Part shown: positions 21,113 to 31,211 of the stretch, one piece after another
How the letters are laid out: every line of letters starts with the position of its first letter
Numbering within the stretch: position 1 is the first letter of the stretch
Assembly (NCBI GenBank): GCA_051652765.1
Contig: JBOFUV010000097.1
Span: forward strand, 58,784 to 122,783
Reading direction: 5' to 3'
Length of the DNA: 64,000 nucleotides
Source of the DNA: Microcoleaceae cyanobacterium
GTDB taxonomy: Bacteria; Cyanobacteriota; Cyanobacteriia; Cyanobacteriales; Microcoleaceae
Made by a program: the position numbers and the translations under genes
The notes under the pieces: generated by a model
Database searches by the model: none
Told to the model about the DNA's origin: nothing
Seen by the model: the letters and a program-made list of their open reading frames with translations, nothing else

Positions 21113-23689
21113 ATGCCGCGCATCTCTGTTGTTACGCCAACCCATAACCAAGAAGCCTTCATCCTGTCAGCTCTTGTCAGTGTTTTAAATCAAACTTACC
21201 AAGACTTTGAAATCATTATTACTAATGATGCCTCCACAGACTGTACCCTTGAAAAAATTTCGGAACTGAACGATCCTCGAATTCGGTTATTTTCACTAGA
21301 GCACAATCAAGGAGAAAGCGCTGCAACAAACCACTCCATTCTTCAGGCTACGGGTGAATATATTGCGATTCTACATTCTGATGATTTATTTGTTGCTCAC
21401 AAGCTAGAAAAACAGGTTGAGTTTCTAGATCAAAATCCTCAGTTTAATGCAGTTCTGAGCTACGCCCAAATTATTGATGAGCAAGGACAACCACTCCCAG
21501 ATAATAGTCATATCCTTCAGAGAACGTTTACTCAACCCAATCGCACTCGATTTCAATGGTTAAATTATTTTTTTACCCAGGATAATTGCTTGTGCCAAAC
21601 CAGTGCCATGATTCGACGCAGATGTTACGAAACCGTCGGACTCTATGACTGTCGTTTTCGTCAAGTTCCAGATTTTGACTTTTGGGTGAGATTTTGTCTG
21701 CACTATGACCTGTACATCTTGCCTGAAGATTTAACCCAATGCCGAGTTCACCAATCAAATATTAGTAGAATTCACCCAGAAACAATTATTCGCCATACGA
21801 CCGAAGTTTTCCAGATTTTGAAACATTATTTGTGTTCAGAAGTCTATCAGAATATTATTCAAATTTTTCCAACTCTGGCTGAAAATAACGTAGCTTTTGA
21901 GGCAGAACTCGCGCCATTCTTACTAGCAAACCAGGCACTAAACATTAGCCGTCCATCCCATCAACTATTCGGATTAGAGATTCTGTATAACTTGCTCGAT
22001 CAACCTGATCTTGTAGTCAAATTAGAGCAACATTATAGGTTCAATTTTCGTAGTTTAACTCATCTCACTGGAAAGTATGATGTTTTTGGACTGCGCCCTA
22101 GTCAGAAGTTAAATCCACAAGACACTAAACTCTCTCTAAAAAACCATCAAGAATTTCCCTTAGTTAGTTTGATTATCCCAACTTTTAATGGGGAAAAATT
22201 TATTACAGAAGCTCTCGAAAGTGCTGTCTCACAAACCTACTCTAATCTGGAGATTATTATTTCTGATGATGGCTCAACAGATCGAACCTTAGATTTGGTT
22301 AATGCCTTCAAGGCTCAATCTCTAGCGCCATTAAAAGTGATCACTCATTCTAACTATGGGTTAGTCAAAAACCTGAATTTTTGCATAGAAAAGGCTCAGG
22401 GAAAATATATCAAATTCCTATTTCAAGATGATCTGCTAGAGCCTGAATGTGTGGCAAAAATGGTTCATCTCGCTGAACAAGATCTAAACATAGGTCTAGT
22501 ATTTTCGATCCGAGAAGCCTTGATCAATTCAGATTCAATTGATAATCCTCTTTGTCAGGCAGCCCATCGTGGAGCCCAAGATCTTCAGCAAGATTGGTCA
22601 CAGTTAAAATCTATTCAATCTGGTCAAGTCCTATTATCTGATCCGCACTGTTTCGTGGGTCGGTTAAATAAAATTGGTGAGCCTACAACAGTACTAATTC
22701 CCAAAGCCGTTTTTGAAAAAATTGGAGGATTTGATCCCAATTTACATCAGCTTCTGGATGTGGATTTCTGGTTTAGAATTATGGGTAGCTACAATATTGG
22801 ATTTATTAACCAATCACTTTCTAAACTACGAATTCATTCCGGACAACAAACCCAAAAAAATATTTCGGCCCAGGAGAACTTAAAAGATTACCAAAGACTT
22901 TTCTATAAAATGTTGGAGTCTCCAGACTACTACTTTCTCAGCGCAGATTTAAAGCAAATTATTTTTTGCAAGTTGCTAGCAAAATCCAAAGATCTTGAAG
23001 TAATTGCTACTCAACTTGTGACCCAGTATTGCCAGAGTTCAGCAGGTACTTCAACTGCTGAATTGGTGTTAGAACGATTGCGTGAACTTCGTCTCAATGT
23101 TGCTAAGCGATGGCTAAACTTGCCGAGCAAAAATCTAAGCAAAAATCTAAAGAATTCATATCAGAACGATCTAGGAAAAACCCATCAAATCCTAGTCGAG
23201 AGCAACTTGCCAGTAGAAAAGCTAACTGAGTCAGAGCAGCAGTTTGTCAACCTGATGACTCAGCATCTTTATGGAGGTATCAAAACTGAAAAAGACGTAC
23301 AAGTCTTACTGGCTGTGATGCTCTATCAACCTGCTTATCGGATTAACTTAAACTACAGAAATGCTGCAATTCCCCAGCATTTATTTGAAGATTTTCTAAG
23401 ATACTTATTTGACTCATCCCATTTGCCCTCAGACTCTAACTCTCTTCAACAATTCATTCGGTTTAACCGGGACTTACTCAAGTATCTCCGGGTTAACTAT
23501 GAGTCCAGTTCGGCGACGGATCTTTGGCAATACGTGGTCTCAATCTTCATTCAGAGTTCTAACAGTAACCGATGGGAAATAGGGAGGTGTGATGAACATG
23601 AGCTACAAGAACTACTGATTGAGCGAGCCAAACTGACTGAGCGCTATCTCAACCGCCAAAATAATCTTGCCTCTTCTCAACTCTTATAG
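21113..23689 (+). CDS. Tandem GT2-GT2 glycosyltransferase with C-terminal helical domain
   Basis: Two GT-A starts (ISVVTPTHN..NDASTD; VSLIIPTFN..DDGSTD) with HSDD / FQDD motifs; ATG at 21113 preferred. Confidence 0.9.
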   Translation: MPRISVVTPTHNQEAFILSALVSVLNQTYQDFEIIITNDASTDCTLEKISELNDPRIRLFSLEHNQGESAATNHSILQATGEYIAILHSDDLFVAHKLEKQVEFLDQNPQFNAVLSYAQIIDEQGQPLPDNSHILQRTFTQPNRTRFQWLNYFFTQDNCLCQTSAMIRRRCYETVGLYDCRFRQVPDFDFWVRFCLHYDLYILPEDLTQCRVHQSNISRIHPETIIRHTTEVFQILKHYLCSEVYQNIIQIFPTLAENNVAFEAELAPFLLANQALNISRPSHQLFGLEILYNLLDQPDLVVKLEQHYRFNFRSLTHLTGKYDVFGLRPSQKLNPQDTKLSLKNHQEFPLVSLIIPTFNGEKFITEALESAVSQTYSNLEIIISDDGSTDRTLDLVNAFKAQSLAPLKVITHSNYGLVKNLNFCIEKAQGKYIKFLFQDDLLEPECVAKMVHLAEQDLNIGLVFSIREALINSDSIDNPLCQAAHRGAQDLQQDWSQLKSIQSGQVLLSDPHCFVGRLNKIGEPTTVLIPKAVFEKIGGFDPNLHQLLDVDFWFRIMGSYNIGFINQSLSKLRIHSGQQTQKNISAQENLKDYQRLFYKMLESPDYYFLSADLKQIIFCKLLAKSKDLEVIATQLVTQYCQSSAGTSTAELVLERLRELRLNVAKRWLNLPSKNLSKNLKNSYQNDLGKTHQILVESNLPVEKLTESEQQFVNLMTQHLYGGIKTEKDVQVLLAVMLYQPAYRINLNYRNAAIPQHLFEDFLRYLFDSSHLPSDSNSLQQFIRFNRDLLKYLRVNYESSSATDLWQYVVSIFIQSSNSNRWEIGRCDEHELQELLIERAKLTERYLNRQNNLASSQLL

Positions 23690-23760
23690 AAGAGGCAATT
23701 TGTAGTTAATTAATATTTTTAGCGTACAACTCACTTCACGAGTCACTAATTAATTAATGA

Positions 23761-24270
23761 TTAGTTGATGCTTAACACCCAAGTTCCCACATAACGAGTA
23801 ATGGGCACATCCCCTGGAGTGCGAATATTAGCATTGAAATGGAACATTCCGCCAAAGTTTGGATTCCTGACGTTCGACATCACAATTTCAATTTTGTTGC
23901 CTGCAGGAATCGGTTCAGCGGGATAAATCTCAATAAAACGATTTTCAGGGTCCCAAACCACTTCTTCTAGAGCGATGGGCTCGTCTTTAATCCGAATTTC
24001 TATCCGGTCTGGATCAAATTTGCCTCTGTAGTAGTCTGGATAAGTGATTGAAATCAACTCAACGGCCAAATTCAATCTGTCCGCAGGAATTCTCAACTTG
24101 TAGCGATCCTTGACTCCCGGCTTACCACTTTGGAGGAAGAAATTCAGCAGGTTGGCTTTGTCTGGCCCACCAAATAAAGTGACTCCCTGGGTTCCTTGGG
24201 CCAATGAGATCACTGGAAGACTTGCCAGGAGACAAGCGGAGAGGGCTAGACCTGTTGTTAAACGTTTCAT
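23761..24270 (-). CDS. DUF2808-like exported protein
   Basis: Signal peptide; IEIYPAEPIPAG..SNVRNP..GGMFHFN..YVGTWVL. Confidence 0.8.
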   Translation of the reverse strand: MKRLTTGLALSACLLASLPVISLAQGTQGVTLFGGPDKANLLNFFLQSGKPGVKDRYKLRIPADRLNLAVELISITYPDYYRGKFDPDRIEIRIKDEPIALEEVVWDPENRFIEIYPAEPIPAGNKIEIVMSNVRNPNFGGMFHFNANIRTPGDVPITRYVGTWVLSIN

Positions 24271-24601
24271 AGAAACTCCTGCAATGAATCGTAATAATGT
24301 TAGAAATCGCTGAACTAGATCACTGAACGAGATAAAGACAAACTAAAGATCCGAATTGCCTCAGAAAATCCAGACTAGGATGCAAATTAGATCAGTATTG
24401 TGCCACAACCAGAGGGATAGTGTCGAGCTTCTTGTCGGCAGAACTGGCCAGGGCTTTTGTCGGCTGAACAATTGGGTTGTGGCTTAATTCAGTCAGAGTA
24501 TGTTCAAAAGTTTTAGACGCTGGGTTCTGGCGAGAGTTCCAGGATCTATGCGTCTTCATCTTTATGAACTTTTGCTCCAAGTTGTAAGGAGACGTGAATA
24601 C

Positions 24602-25756
24602 ATGAAAATCGCGATCGCGAAAGAAACTCAAGTTGATGAACGGCGTGTTGCTTTGATCCCAGAGGTTGCTGCACGCCTGGTGCAGCAGGGTATTGAGATT
24701 TGGGTTGAAGCAGGAGCAGGGGAGCGATCTTTTTTCTCAGATGCGACCTATGAAGCAGCCGGGGTACGGGTGATTGATAATCCTCACTCCCTTTGGCAGG
24801 ACGCTGACATTGTGTTGAAGGTCGGTGTCTTACAAGAGTCCGAAGTTTCACAACTGCGAGATGGCAGCATTTTGATTGGATTTCTTGATCCCCTGGGGAA
24901 TCCCGTTCTCATTCAAAAACTGGCCGAACGAAACGTCACCGCCCTCAGCATGGAGATGATCCCCCGAATCAGTCGGGCTCAAACCATGGATGCTCTCTCC
25001 TCCCAAGCCAACATTGCTGGATACAAGTCTGTACTGATTGCCGCAGCCACGTTGCCAAAATACTTTCCCATGCTGACTACCGCAGCAGGAACAATTCGTC
25101 CAGCAAAGGTGCTTGTCATAGGGGCAGGGGTTGCTGGACTACAGGCGATCGCCACAGCACGGCGATTGGGTGCAGTTGTCGAAGGCTATGACATTCGCCC
25201 AGAAGTTAAAGAGCAAGTGCAAAGCTTGGGGGCGAAGTTTGTGGATGTTACCCTGGAGGAAGATACCGTTGCTGAAGGCGGCTACGCTAAAGAAATTTCT
25301 GAAACCGCTCAGGAACATGCCCGCAAGGTGTTGACTCAGCATGTAGCTGCTTCCGATATTGTGATCACCACGGCTCAAGTTCCCGGTCGCAAAGCTCCCC
25401 TGTTAGTCACAGAAGCCATGATCAAGGAGATGAAGCCTGGATCAGTGATTGTTGATCTGGCCGCTTCCCAAGGGGGCAACTGTGAAGGTACAGAACCTGG
25501 GAAAGATGTGCAAAAGCAGGGGGTAACAATTATTGGGCCAATGAACTTGCCCGCTTCAATGCCAGTTCATGCGAGTGAGGTTTATTCCAAGAATGTGCTG
25601 GCGTTGCTGAAGCTGATGACAACCACAGCAGGAGAACTCAACCTGAATTTTGAGGATGAAGTCATCAGTGGCGCTTGCGTTACCCATCAGGGCGAGGTTC
25701 GTTCCCAGCGGGTTCGAGATGCTTTGACCAGCTATCAGTCCTCGGTGACTAGCTAA
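24602..25756 (+). CDS. pntA: NAD(P) transhydrogenase alpha subunit, domain I
   Basis: MKIAIAKE..ERRVAL, PRISRAQTMDALSS, GAGVAGLQA; aaggag RBS before 24602. Confidence 0.95.
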   Translation: MKIAIAKETQVDERRVALIPEVAARLVQQGIEIWVEAGAGERSFFSDATYEAAGVRVIDNPHSLWQDADIVLKVGVLQESEVSQLRDGSILIGFLDPLGNPVLIQKLAERNVTALSMEMIPRISRAQTMDALSSQANIAGYKSVLIAAATLPKYFPMLTTAAGTIRPAKVLVIGAGVAGLQAIATARRLGAVVEGYDIRPEVKEQVQSLGAKFVDVTLEEDTVAEGGYAKEISETAQEHARKVLTQHVAASDIVITTAQVPGRKAPLLVTEAMIKEMKPGSVIVDLAASQGGNCEGTEPGKDVQKQGVTIIGPMNLPASMPVHASEVYSKNVLALLKLMTTTAGELNLNFEDEVISGACVTHQGEVRSQRVRDALTSYQSSVTS

Positions 25757-25812
25757 CAATTCACTCCACCAACTATCCCCTGACCCACGAACAATCGTTA
25801 GTGATCCTTGCC

Positions 25813-26109
25813 ATGAGTACAGAAGTATTAATTTCCGCTCTGTTTGTGTTTGTTCTGGCAACCTTTGCCGGATTTGAAGTGATTACAAAAGTTCCCCCCA
25901 CGTTGCATACTCCGCTGATGTCTGGAGCCAATGCAATTTCCGGGATTAGCGTTCTGGGAGCCATTATCGTCGCTGGAGAACGGGGCTGGAACATCACTGT
26001 GATCCTCGGGCTGATTGGGGTGATTCTTGCCATGATTAACGTTGTGGGCGGCTTTCTCGTGACCGATCGGATGTTGCAAATGTTTAAAAAGAAGGAGGCC
26101 AAAGCATGA
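25813..26109 (+). CDS. NAD(P) transhydrogenase alpha subunit, membrane part (split alpha-2)
   Basis: VPPTLHTPLMSGANAISG, NVVGGFLVTDRML. Confidence 0.93.
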   Translation: MSTEVLISALFVFVLATFAGFEVITKVPPTLHTPLMSGANAISGISVLGAIIVAGERGWNITVILGLIGVILAMINVVGGFLVTDRMLQMFKKKEAKA

Positions 26110-27515
26110 GCGAGTTTTTACCGACTGGAATTCAACTCAGCTATCTTGTCGCTGTCACTCTATTTTTCTTTGGGCTGAAAAAATTAGGGTCTCCAGCAAC
26201 TGCCCGTGCCGGGAATGTTTGGGCTTCTGTTGGCATGTTGATTGCAATTGTGGCGACCTTGCTTGACCAGCACGTCCTAAACTACGAAATGATTGGTTTA
26301 GGGCTAGTGATTGGTTCCATTATTGGCGCAATCATGGCTTACAAGGTTGAGATGACCGACATGCCTCAAATGGTGGGTCTATTGAATGGATTAGGGGGTG
26401 CGGCTTCCTCCCTAGTTGCGGTAGGCGAGTTCTGGAAATATTTGGCAACTGCCGATGTTCCTCCATTGGCAACAACCATTACAGCGGTGCTCGGGGTGCT
26501 GATTGGGGGTGTAACCTTTACCGGGTCTATGATTGCTTTTGCCAAGCTACAAGGTCTGATGAGTGGTTCTCCAATTACATTTCCTCTGCAGCAAGTTGTC
26601 AATTTCCTGCTGTTTGGAGGATTTTTGGTGGGTAGCGTTTATATTTGCTTTAATCCCTTCAACTTGCCTGTTTTCTTCGCTCTGGTTGCCCTTTCCGTTG
26701 TGCTTGGCGTGTTGTTTGTCATCCCGATTGGGGGAGGCGACATGCCCGTTGTGATTTCTCTGTTAAACTCTTTCTCGGGTTTGGCTGCCAGTGCCGCTGG
26801 GTTCGTGGTGATGAACAATTTGCTGATCATTGCTGGAGCTTTGGTGGGCGCGTCTGGAATCATCCTGACTGTGATTATGTGTAAGGCAATGAACCGCTCT
26901 CTAACAAGCGTTCTATTTGCTGCGTTTGGTACTGGAAGCGGAGTTGTTGCCGGAGGTTCAGGGGGAACAGCAACTGACAAAGCTGTCCGCAGTATTGATC
27001 CTGAAGAAGGGGCTATGATGTTGGGCTATGCTCGTTCTGTGGTGATTGTTCCGGGCTACGGAATGGCTGTAGCTCAAGCCCAGCACTCAGTGAAGGAGTT
27101 AGTCGATCAATTGGAAAACCTGGGGGTAGAAGTGCGGTATGCGATTCATCCTGTTGCCGGACGAATGCCGGGGCACATGAACGTCCTGCTGGCGGAGGCG
27201 AATGTTCCCTATCCGCAGTTGTACGACATGGATGACATTAACCCTCAGTTTGAACAAACGGATGTGGCGTTAGTGATTGGGGCAAATGATGTAGTGAATC
27301 CAGCGGCGCGAGAAGATGCAACAAGCCCAATCTACGGAATGCCGATCTTGGAAGTGGATCGGGCTAAGCACACGATTGTGATTAAGCGTGGCCTCAACAC
27401 TGGCTTTGCTGGAGTTGATAATGATTTGTTTTACAAAGACAAAACCATGATGTTATTTGGCAGTGCTAAAGAGATGGTTGCGAAGTTAGTTTCTGAAGTC
27501 AAGCAACTTAGTTAA
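26106..27515 (+). CDS. pntB: NAD(P) transhydrogenase beta subunit
   Basis: GGGDMPVVISLLNS, PGYGMAVAQAQH, HPVAGRMPGHMNVLLAEA; ATGA overlap. Confidence 0.97.
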   Translation: MSEFLPTGIQLSYLVAVTLFFFGLKKLGSPATARAGNVWASVGMLIAIVATLLDQHVLNYEMIGLGLVIGSIIGAIMAYKVEMTDMPQMVGLLNGLGGAASSLVAVGEFWKYLATADVPPLATTITAVLGVLIGGVTFTGSMIAFAKLQGLMSGSPITFPLQQVVNFLLFGGFLVGSVYICFNPFNLPVFFALVALSVVLGVLFVIPIGGGDMPVVISLLNSFSGLAASAAGFVVMNNLLIIAGALVGASGIILTVIMCKAMNRSLTSVLFAAFGTGSGVVAGGSGGTATDKAVRSIDPEEGAMMLGYARSVVIVPGYGMAVAQAQHSVKELVDQLENLGVEVRYAIHPVAGRMPGHMNVLLAEANVPYPQLYDMDDINPQFEQTDVALVIGANDVVNPAAREDATSPIYGMPILEVDRAKHTIVIKRGLNTGFAGVDNDLFYKDKTMMLFGSAKEMVAKLVSEVKQLS

Positions 27516-27558
27516 CACGAGTGTGATCGCAGCCGTTAGATCCGGAGCGGGCTCTCAC

Positions 27559-27590
27559 AAAGTCCCCTTTTCGCCGTGAAGGGGGCTTTG
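27559..27590 (+). terminator. Probable terminator after pntB
   Basis: aaagtccccttt..aagggggcttt hairpin. Confidence 0.55.
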
Positions 27591-27629
27591 ATTGTTGATC
27601 CTTCCATTTCTGCATGAAGCGAACGCTTA

Positions 27630-27740
27630 TAACAGTCCTAAATCAATCATGAGAGATCTTAGGGAGGGGTTTGGGACAAAGTCCCCAAGGAGGAAGCAAC
27701 GCCCCTCCACTTCCTCCTCACAAATCATTTAAGATTGCTA
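27630..27740. mobile_element. Degenerate MITE-like miniature element
   Basis: 24-bp imperfect terminal inverted repeats (17/24 match) enclosing GC-rich hairpins; no ORF. Confidence 0.5.
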
Positions 27741-28104
27741 CAGTGCCAGTGTTGAGAATTGTAGCTTCAGAGCTTGATCCTGGCTAAATCAGTAAGAGTT
27801 GATATAATAGTCTATAGACTGTTAACGCAGTGGGATGACTTGATGAAAGCTATAGGCGTTGGCGCGAGTCTTTTTGATTTTGAGCACTTTGATTTTGAGC
27901 ACTTTGATTACCTGCGATTTTGATGCATTCTTTTTAGTCAGTGCTTGAAAGTTACTGTTGCGGAATGTGGCAGTCTGATTTGAGTTTTGAGATGTCATTT
28001 CCCTTCCAATTGCAGACTAGGCAGAAATTCGAACTGATTCAATCTCAATGTTGACTTCGAATCTGGGTTTGCAGTTATTAAGTTCATCACGAGGAGAGTT
28101 CAAG

Positions 28105-29100
28105 ATGGATTTAGAACTTAATACCTGGAATTCCTCAACATCAACTTGCAGGACAGATGATGCTGTTAGAGCATTATTTAGGCAGATGTCTCGCTATCCA
28201 TTGCTAACGTCTGATGAGGAAACCAGGTTCGCTCGCCAAGTCCACACTCTAGTCAAGCTAGAGACAATCCAGGCGGATTTAACTGGTAAATTTGGACGTT
28301 CTTCGACTCTGGCTGAGCTTGCTCAAGCCACTCAGATTAATGAATCAGAATTAAAAAATCACTTCTCCCTCGGTCATAATGCCAAGCAGAGAATGATTAG
28401 CTCTAACCTGCGCTTGGTTGTTTCAATCGCAAAACGCTACACCAATCGAGGCGTTCCATTTTTAGATCTAATTCAAGAAGGAGCATTAGGACTCAATCGA
28501 GCAACCGAAAAGTTTGATCCTGATAAAGGATACAAATTTTCGACTTATGCGTATTGGTGGATTCGGCAAGGCATTACTCGGACAATTGCGAATCAAGGAC
28601 GCATGGTACGCTTACCGGTTCATATTATTGAACAGTTGAATAAACTACAGCTTAGCCATCAAGAACTGAGGCGATCGCTTCGTCGTCAACCAACCGAAAC
28701 TGAACTGGCTGAAGCACTCAAAATTTCTGTTCAACAACTGCGGTTGCTTTTGCAGGTTCGTCATAAATCAATCTCTTTAAACCATCGTATTGGGGCCGAT
28801 GAAAACTCTGAGTTGATGGATATTTTAGAAGATCGTGATACCCGTTCTCCTGAGGCTCAAATGCAGGAAACGATCATGCGTCAGGAAATCTTGGAAGTCC
28901 TTGAAATTGCCCTATCTCAACCAGAATGTGATATTCTAGCGCTGCGTTATGGATTGGTCACGGGAATTCCCCATACGCTCGATGAGGTCAGTCAGATCTG
29001 CGGTTTTTCGCGGGAACAGGTACGCCAAATTCAAGCTAAAGCCATGCGAAAATTGCGTCGTCCTTATGTTGCAGAACGGTTAAAAGGATGGTTAAAGTAA
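28105..29100 (+). CDS. Group 2 RNA polymerase sigma factor (SigE/SigC-like)
   Basis: [43 protein letters not shown]; gaggag RBS before ATG at 28105. Confidence 0.9.
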   Translation: MDLELNTWNSSTSTCRTDDAVRALFRQMSRYPLLTSDEETRFARQVHTLVKLETIQADLTGKFGRSSTLAELAQATQINESELKNHFSLGHNAKQRMISSNLRLVVSIAKRYTNRGVPFLDLIQEGALGLNRATEKFDPDKGYKFSTYAYWWIRQGITRTIANQGRMVRLPVHIIEQLNKLQLSHQELRRSLRRQPTETELAEALKISVQQLRLLLQVRHKSISLNHRIGADENSELMDILEDRDTRSPEAQMQETIMRQEILEVLEIALSQPECDILALRYGLVTGIPHTLDEVSQICGFSREQVRQIQAKAMRKLRRPYVAERLKGWLK

Positions 29101-29134
29101 GGAAAGTATTGGTTCTGAAAAAATATCTCAAAGC

Positions 29135-29647
29135 ATGTCTCAAGAAATATCCCAAAGCTTGCAAGTGCAGTTTCAGTTGCGACCCGCAAATCCGAATGAT
29201 GTTCCAGAAATCTTTAGATTAATTCAATCTTTGGCTGACTATGAGCAGCTGCTTCATCAAGTGACTGGAACTCCAGAACTTCTGAGTCAACACTTATTCA
29301 GCTCCCAACCCCATATCGAAGTAATTGTTGCTGAATCTGACACTAATCTTGTTGGATTTGCGCTGTTTTTTCATAACTACTCTACTTTCTTAACACAACC
29401 TGGAATTTATTTGGAAGACCTATTTGTTCAGCCAGATTTTCGGGGCTGTGGCATCGGCAAAGCATTAATTATTCGAGTTGCACAAATTGCCGTAGAACGA
29501 GGCTGTGGACGGTTTGAATGGAGTGTTTTAGATTGGAATCAAACTGCAATTGACTTCTACAAGTATATGGGAGCTGATGTTTTAGAAGACTGGCGAATTT
29601 GTCGAGTTGCCGGGGAATCTCTCCTACAACTGAGCCAACAGTTTTAA
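29135..29647 (+). CDS. GNAT N-acetyltransferase (SSAT-like)
   Basis: NYSTF..GIYLEDLFVQPDFRGCGIG..WSVLDWN..AIDFY. Confidence 0.92.
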   Translation: MSQEISQSLQVQFQLRPANPNDVPEIFRLIQSLADYEQLLHQVTGTPELLSQHLFSSQPHIEVIVAESDTNLVGFALFFHNYSTFLTQPGIYLEDLFVQPDFRGCGIGKALIIRVAQIAVERGCGRFEWSVLDWNQTAIDFYKYMGADVLEDWRICRVAGESLLQLSQQF

Positions 29648-29779
29648 TCTTGCTTGTATGCAATCAACCTTTTCAATTAGACTATCATTAATAGTTGATA
29701 AAAAAGACAAGTTCCGAAGCGATGGCCTGAGCAGCAATAGAAGATGATCAAACATGCGGGACTACTGGTATGAGCTGGT

Positions 29780-30931
29780 ATGAAGATGTATCCAATTGTC
29801 ATTGACCTATTTTGTGGATGTGGCGGAATTTCAACAGGTTTACTTGATGCGGGTTTGGCTGTGCAGGGGGGCTTTGATATTGAAGCTCGATCGATTGAAG
29901 TCTACAACTATAATCACAACTATCGAGGAGCACAAGGATTTCAGTTGGATTTATCGAAATCTACTGGCGTTGAACTTTTGCAGTTGTTGAATCTAGAGAC
30001 TGTTGATTTACTCGTGGGTGGTGCGCCCTGTCAGTCATTTAGTATTGTTGGATCGCGCAAAGGACTCAGTGATCCAAGAGGGCATTTAATCTTTGACTTT
30101 ATTCGCTATGTTGCTGAACTAAAACCCAAAGCCTTCTTGTTAGAAAATGTTCCCAATCTCCAAAAAATTGAGCAGGGAACTGTTTTTAACGGTGTGATTC
30201 AAGAGTTGGAACTGTTGGGTTATACCGTTAAATATGCTGTTTTATCAGCAGCAGACTATGGAGTTCCACAAAATCGCAAACGAATTTTTATCCTAGGAAC
30301 GTTTGGTCAAAATATTGTCAATTTTCCACCTCCGCCCACTCATTTTCAGCCCAATAGTTTATTCGTTCAACTAGAAGGTCGTCCGGCTTATAAAACTTGT
30401 AAAGCAGTACTGAATGATTTGCCCGATGTTAATGATTTGCAGGCTGAAGGCATCCCAAATCATGAGCCAACTTTTCATAATGATGCTGTGATTGCTCAAC
30501 TTAAACAGTTACAACCCGGAACACGAGACAAAAAGTACTTTTATGACCGCCTGCATCCCGATCGACCCAGCTATACACTTCGAGCGGGTTCAGGCAACTT
30601 TACCCCGCTCCGTCCAATTCACTATCACTATCACCGGGTTATTTCTGTCCGAGAATCTGCTCGTTTACAAGGCTTTTCGGATGAGTTTATTTGGGCAGAT
30701 TCGATCCCTCGATTGCAGCAATATCGCCAAGTCGGCAATGCAGTTTGCCCTCCCATAGCAGAAGCTTTAGGTCAATTTTTGTGCAATCTCATGCAGTGGG
30801 AACGCAATCCAGATTTATTCAAGGGTGATTCCCAAAATCGGCCTGCCCTTGTTGCCAAAACTAAAGCTGAGAAGATAGCAGAACGTACAAAGCGAATTCG
30901 AGGTGCTTCTTTAGGACTACACCCTGTTTGA
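29780..30931 (+). CDS. DNA cytosine-5 methyltransferase (solitary)
   Basis: Motifs I DLFCGCGG, IV PCQSFS, VI ENV, VIII QNRKR, IX RESARLQGF, X QVGNAV. Confidence 0.95.
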   Translation: MKMYPIVIDLFCGCGGISTGLLDAGLAVQGGFDIEARSIEVYNYNHNYRGAQGFQLDLSKSTGVELLQLLNLETVDLLVGGAPCQSFSIVGSRKGLSDPRGHLIFDFIRYVAELKPKAFLLENVPNLQKIEQGTVFNGVIQELELLGYTVKYAVLSAADYGVPQNRKRIFILGTFGQNIVNFPPPPTHFQPNSLFVQLEGRPAYKTCKAVLNDLPDVNDLQAEGIPNHEPTFHNDAVIAQLKQLQPGTRDKKYFYDRLHPDRPSYTLRAGSGNFTPLRPIHYHYHRVISVRESARLQGFSDEFIWADSIPRLQQYRQVGNAVCPPIAEALGQFLCNLMQWERNPDLFKGDSQNRPALVAKTKAEKIAERTKRIRGASLGLHPV

Positions 30932-31211
30932 GTCATTATTTATTTAAGGGGTTAAGGGCTACCTGTTTGGGCTGTGGTAATAGTCATGGTTTATAATGTA
31001 ATGTCTGTGATGCAGACTGCTAACTTGGGCGGGCAAGATGCCAACTCTAGGGTCACACTTCAAATCCAATCGCGATCACGACCCATCATTTAACTCACTG
31101 ATCATTAAAACGATTCATTAAAACGATTTGATTCCATTGATGCGGTCTCAGCAATTCGGTTTAAACTATTAGGTTAAAGCATTAGTTTCAAGTGGCACAC
31201 CACAAAACGTT

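Noticed and set aside
24500..24601. N-terminal extension of pntA
   Set aside because: RBS and family-typical start are at 24602
29650..31211. Restriction-modification system around the methyltransferase
   Set aside because: No room or ORF for an endonuclease in either flank
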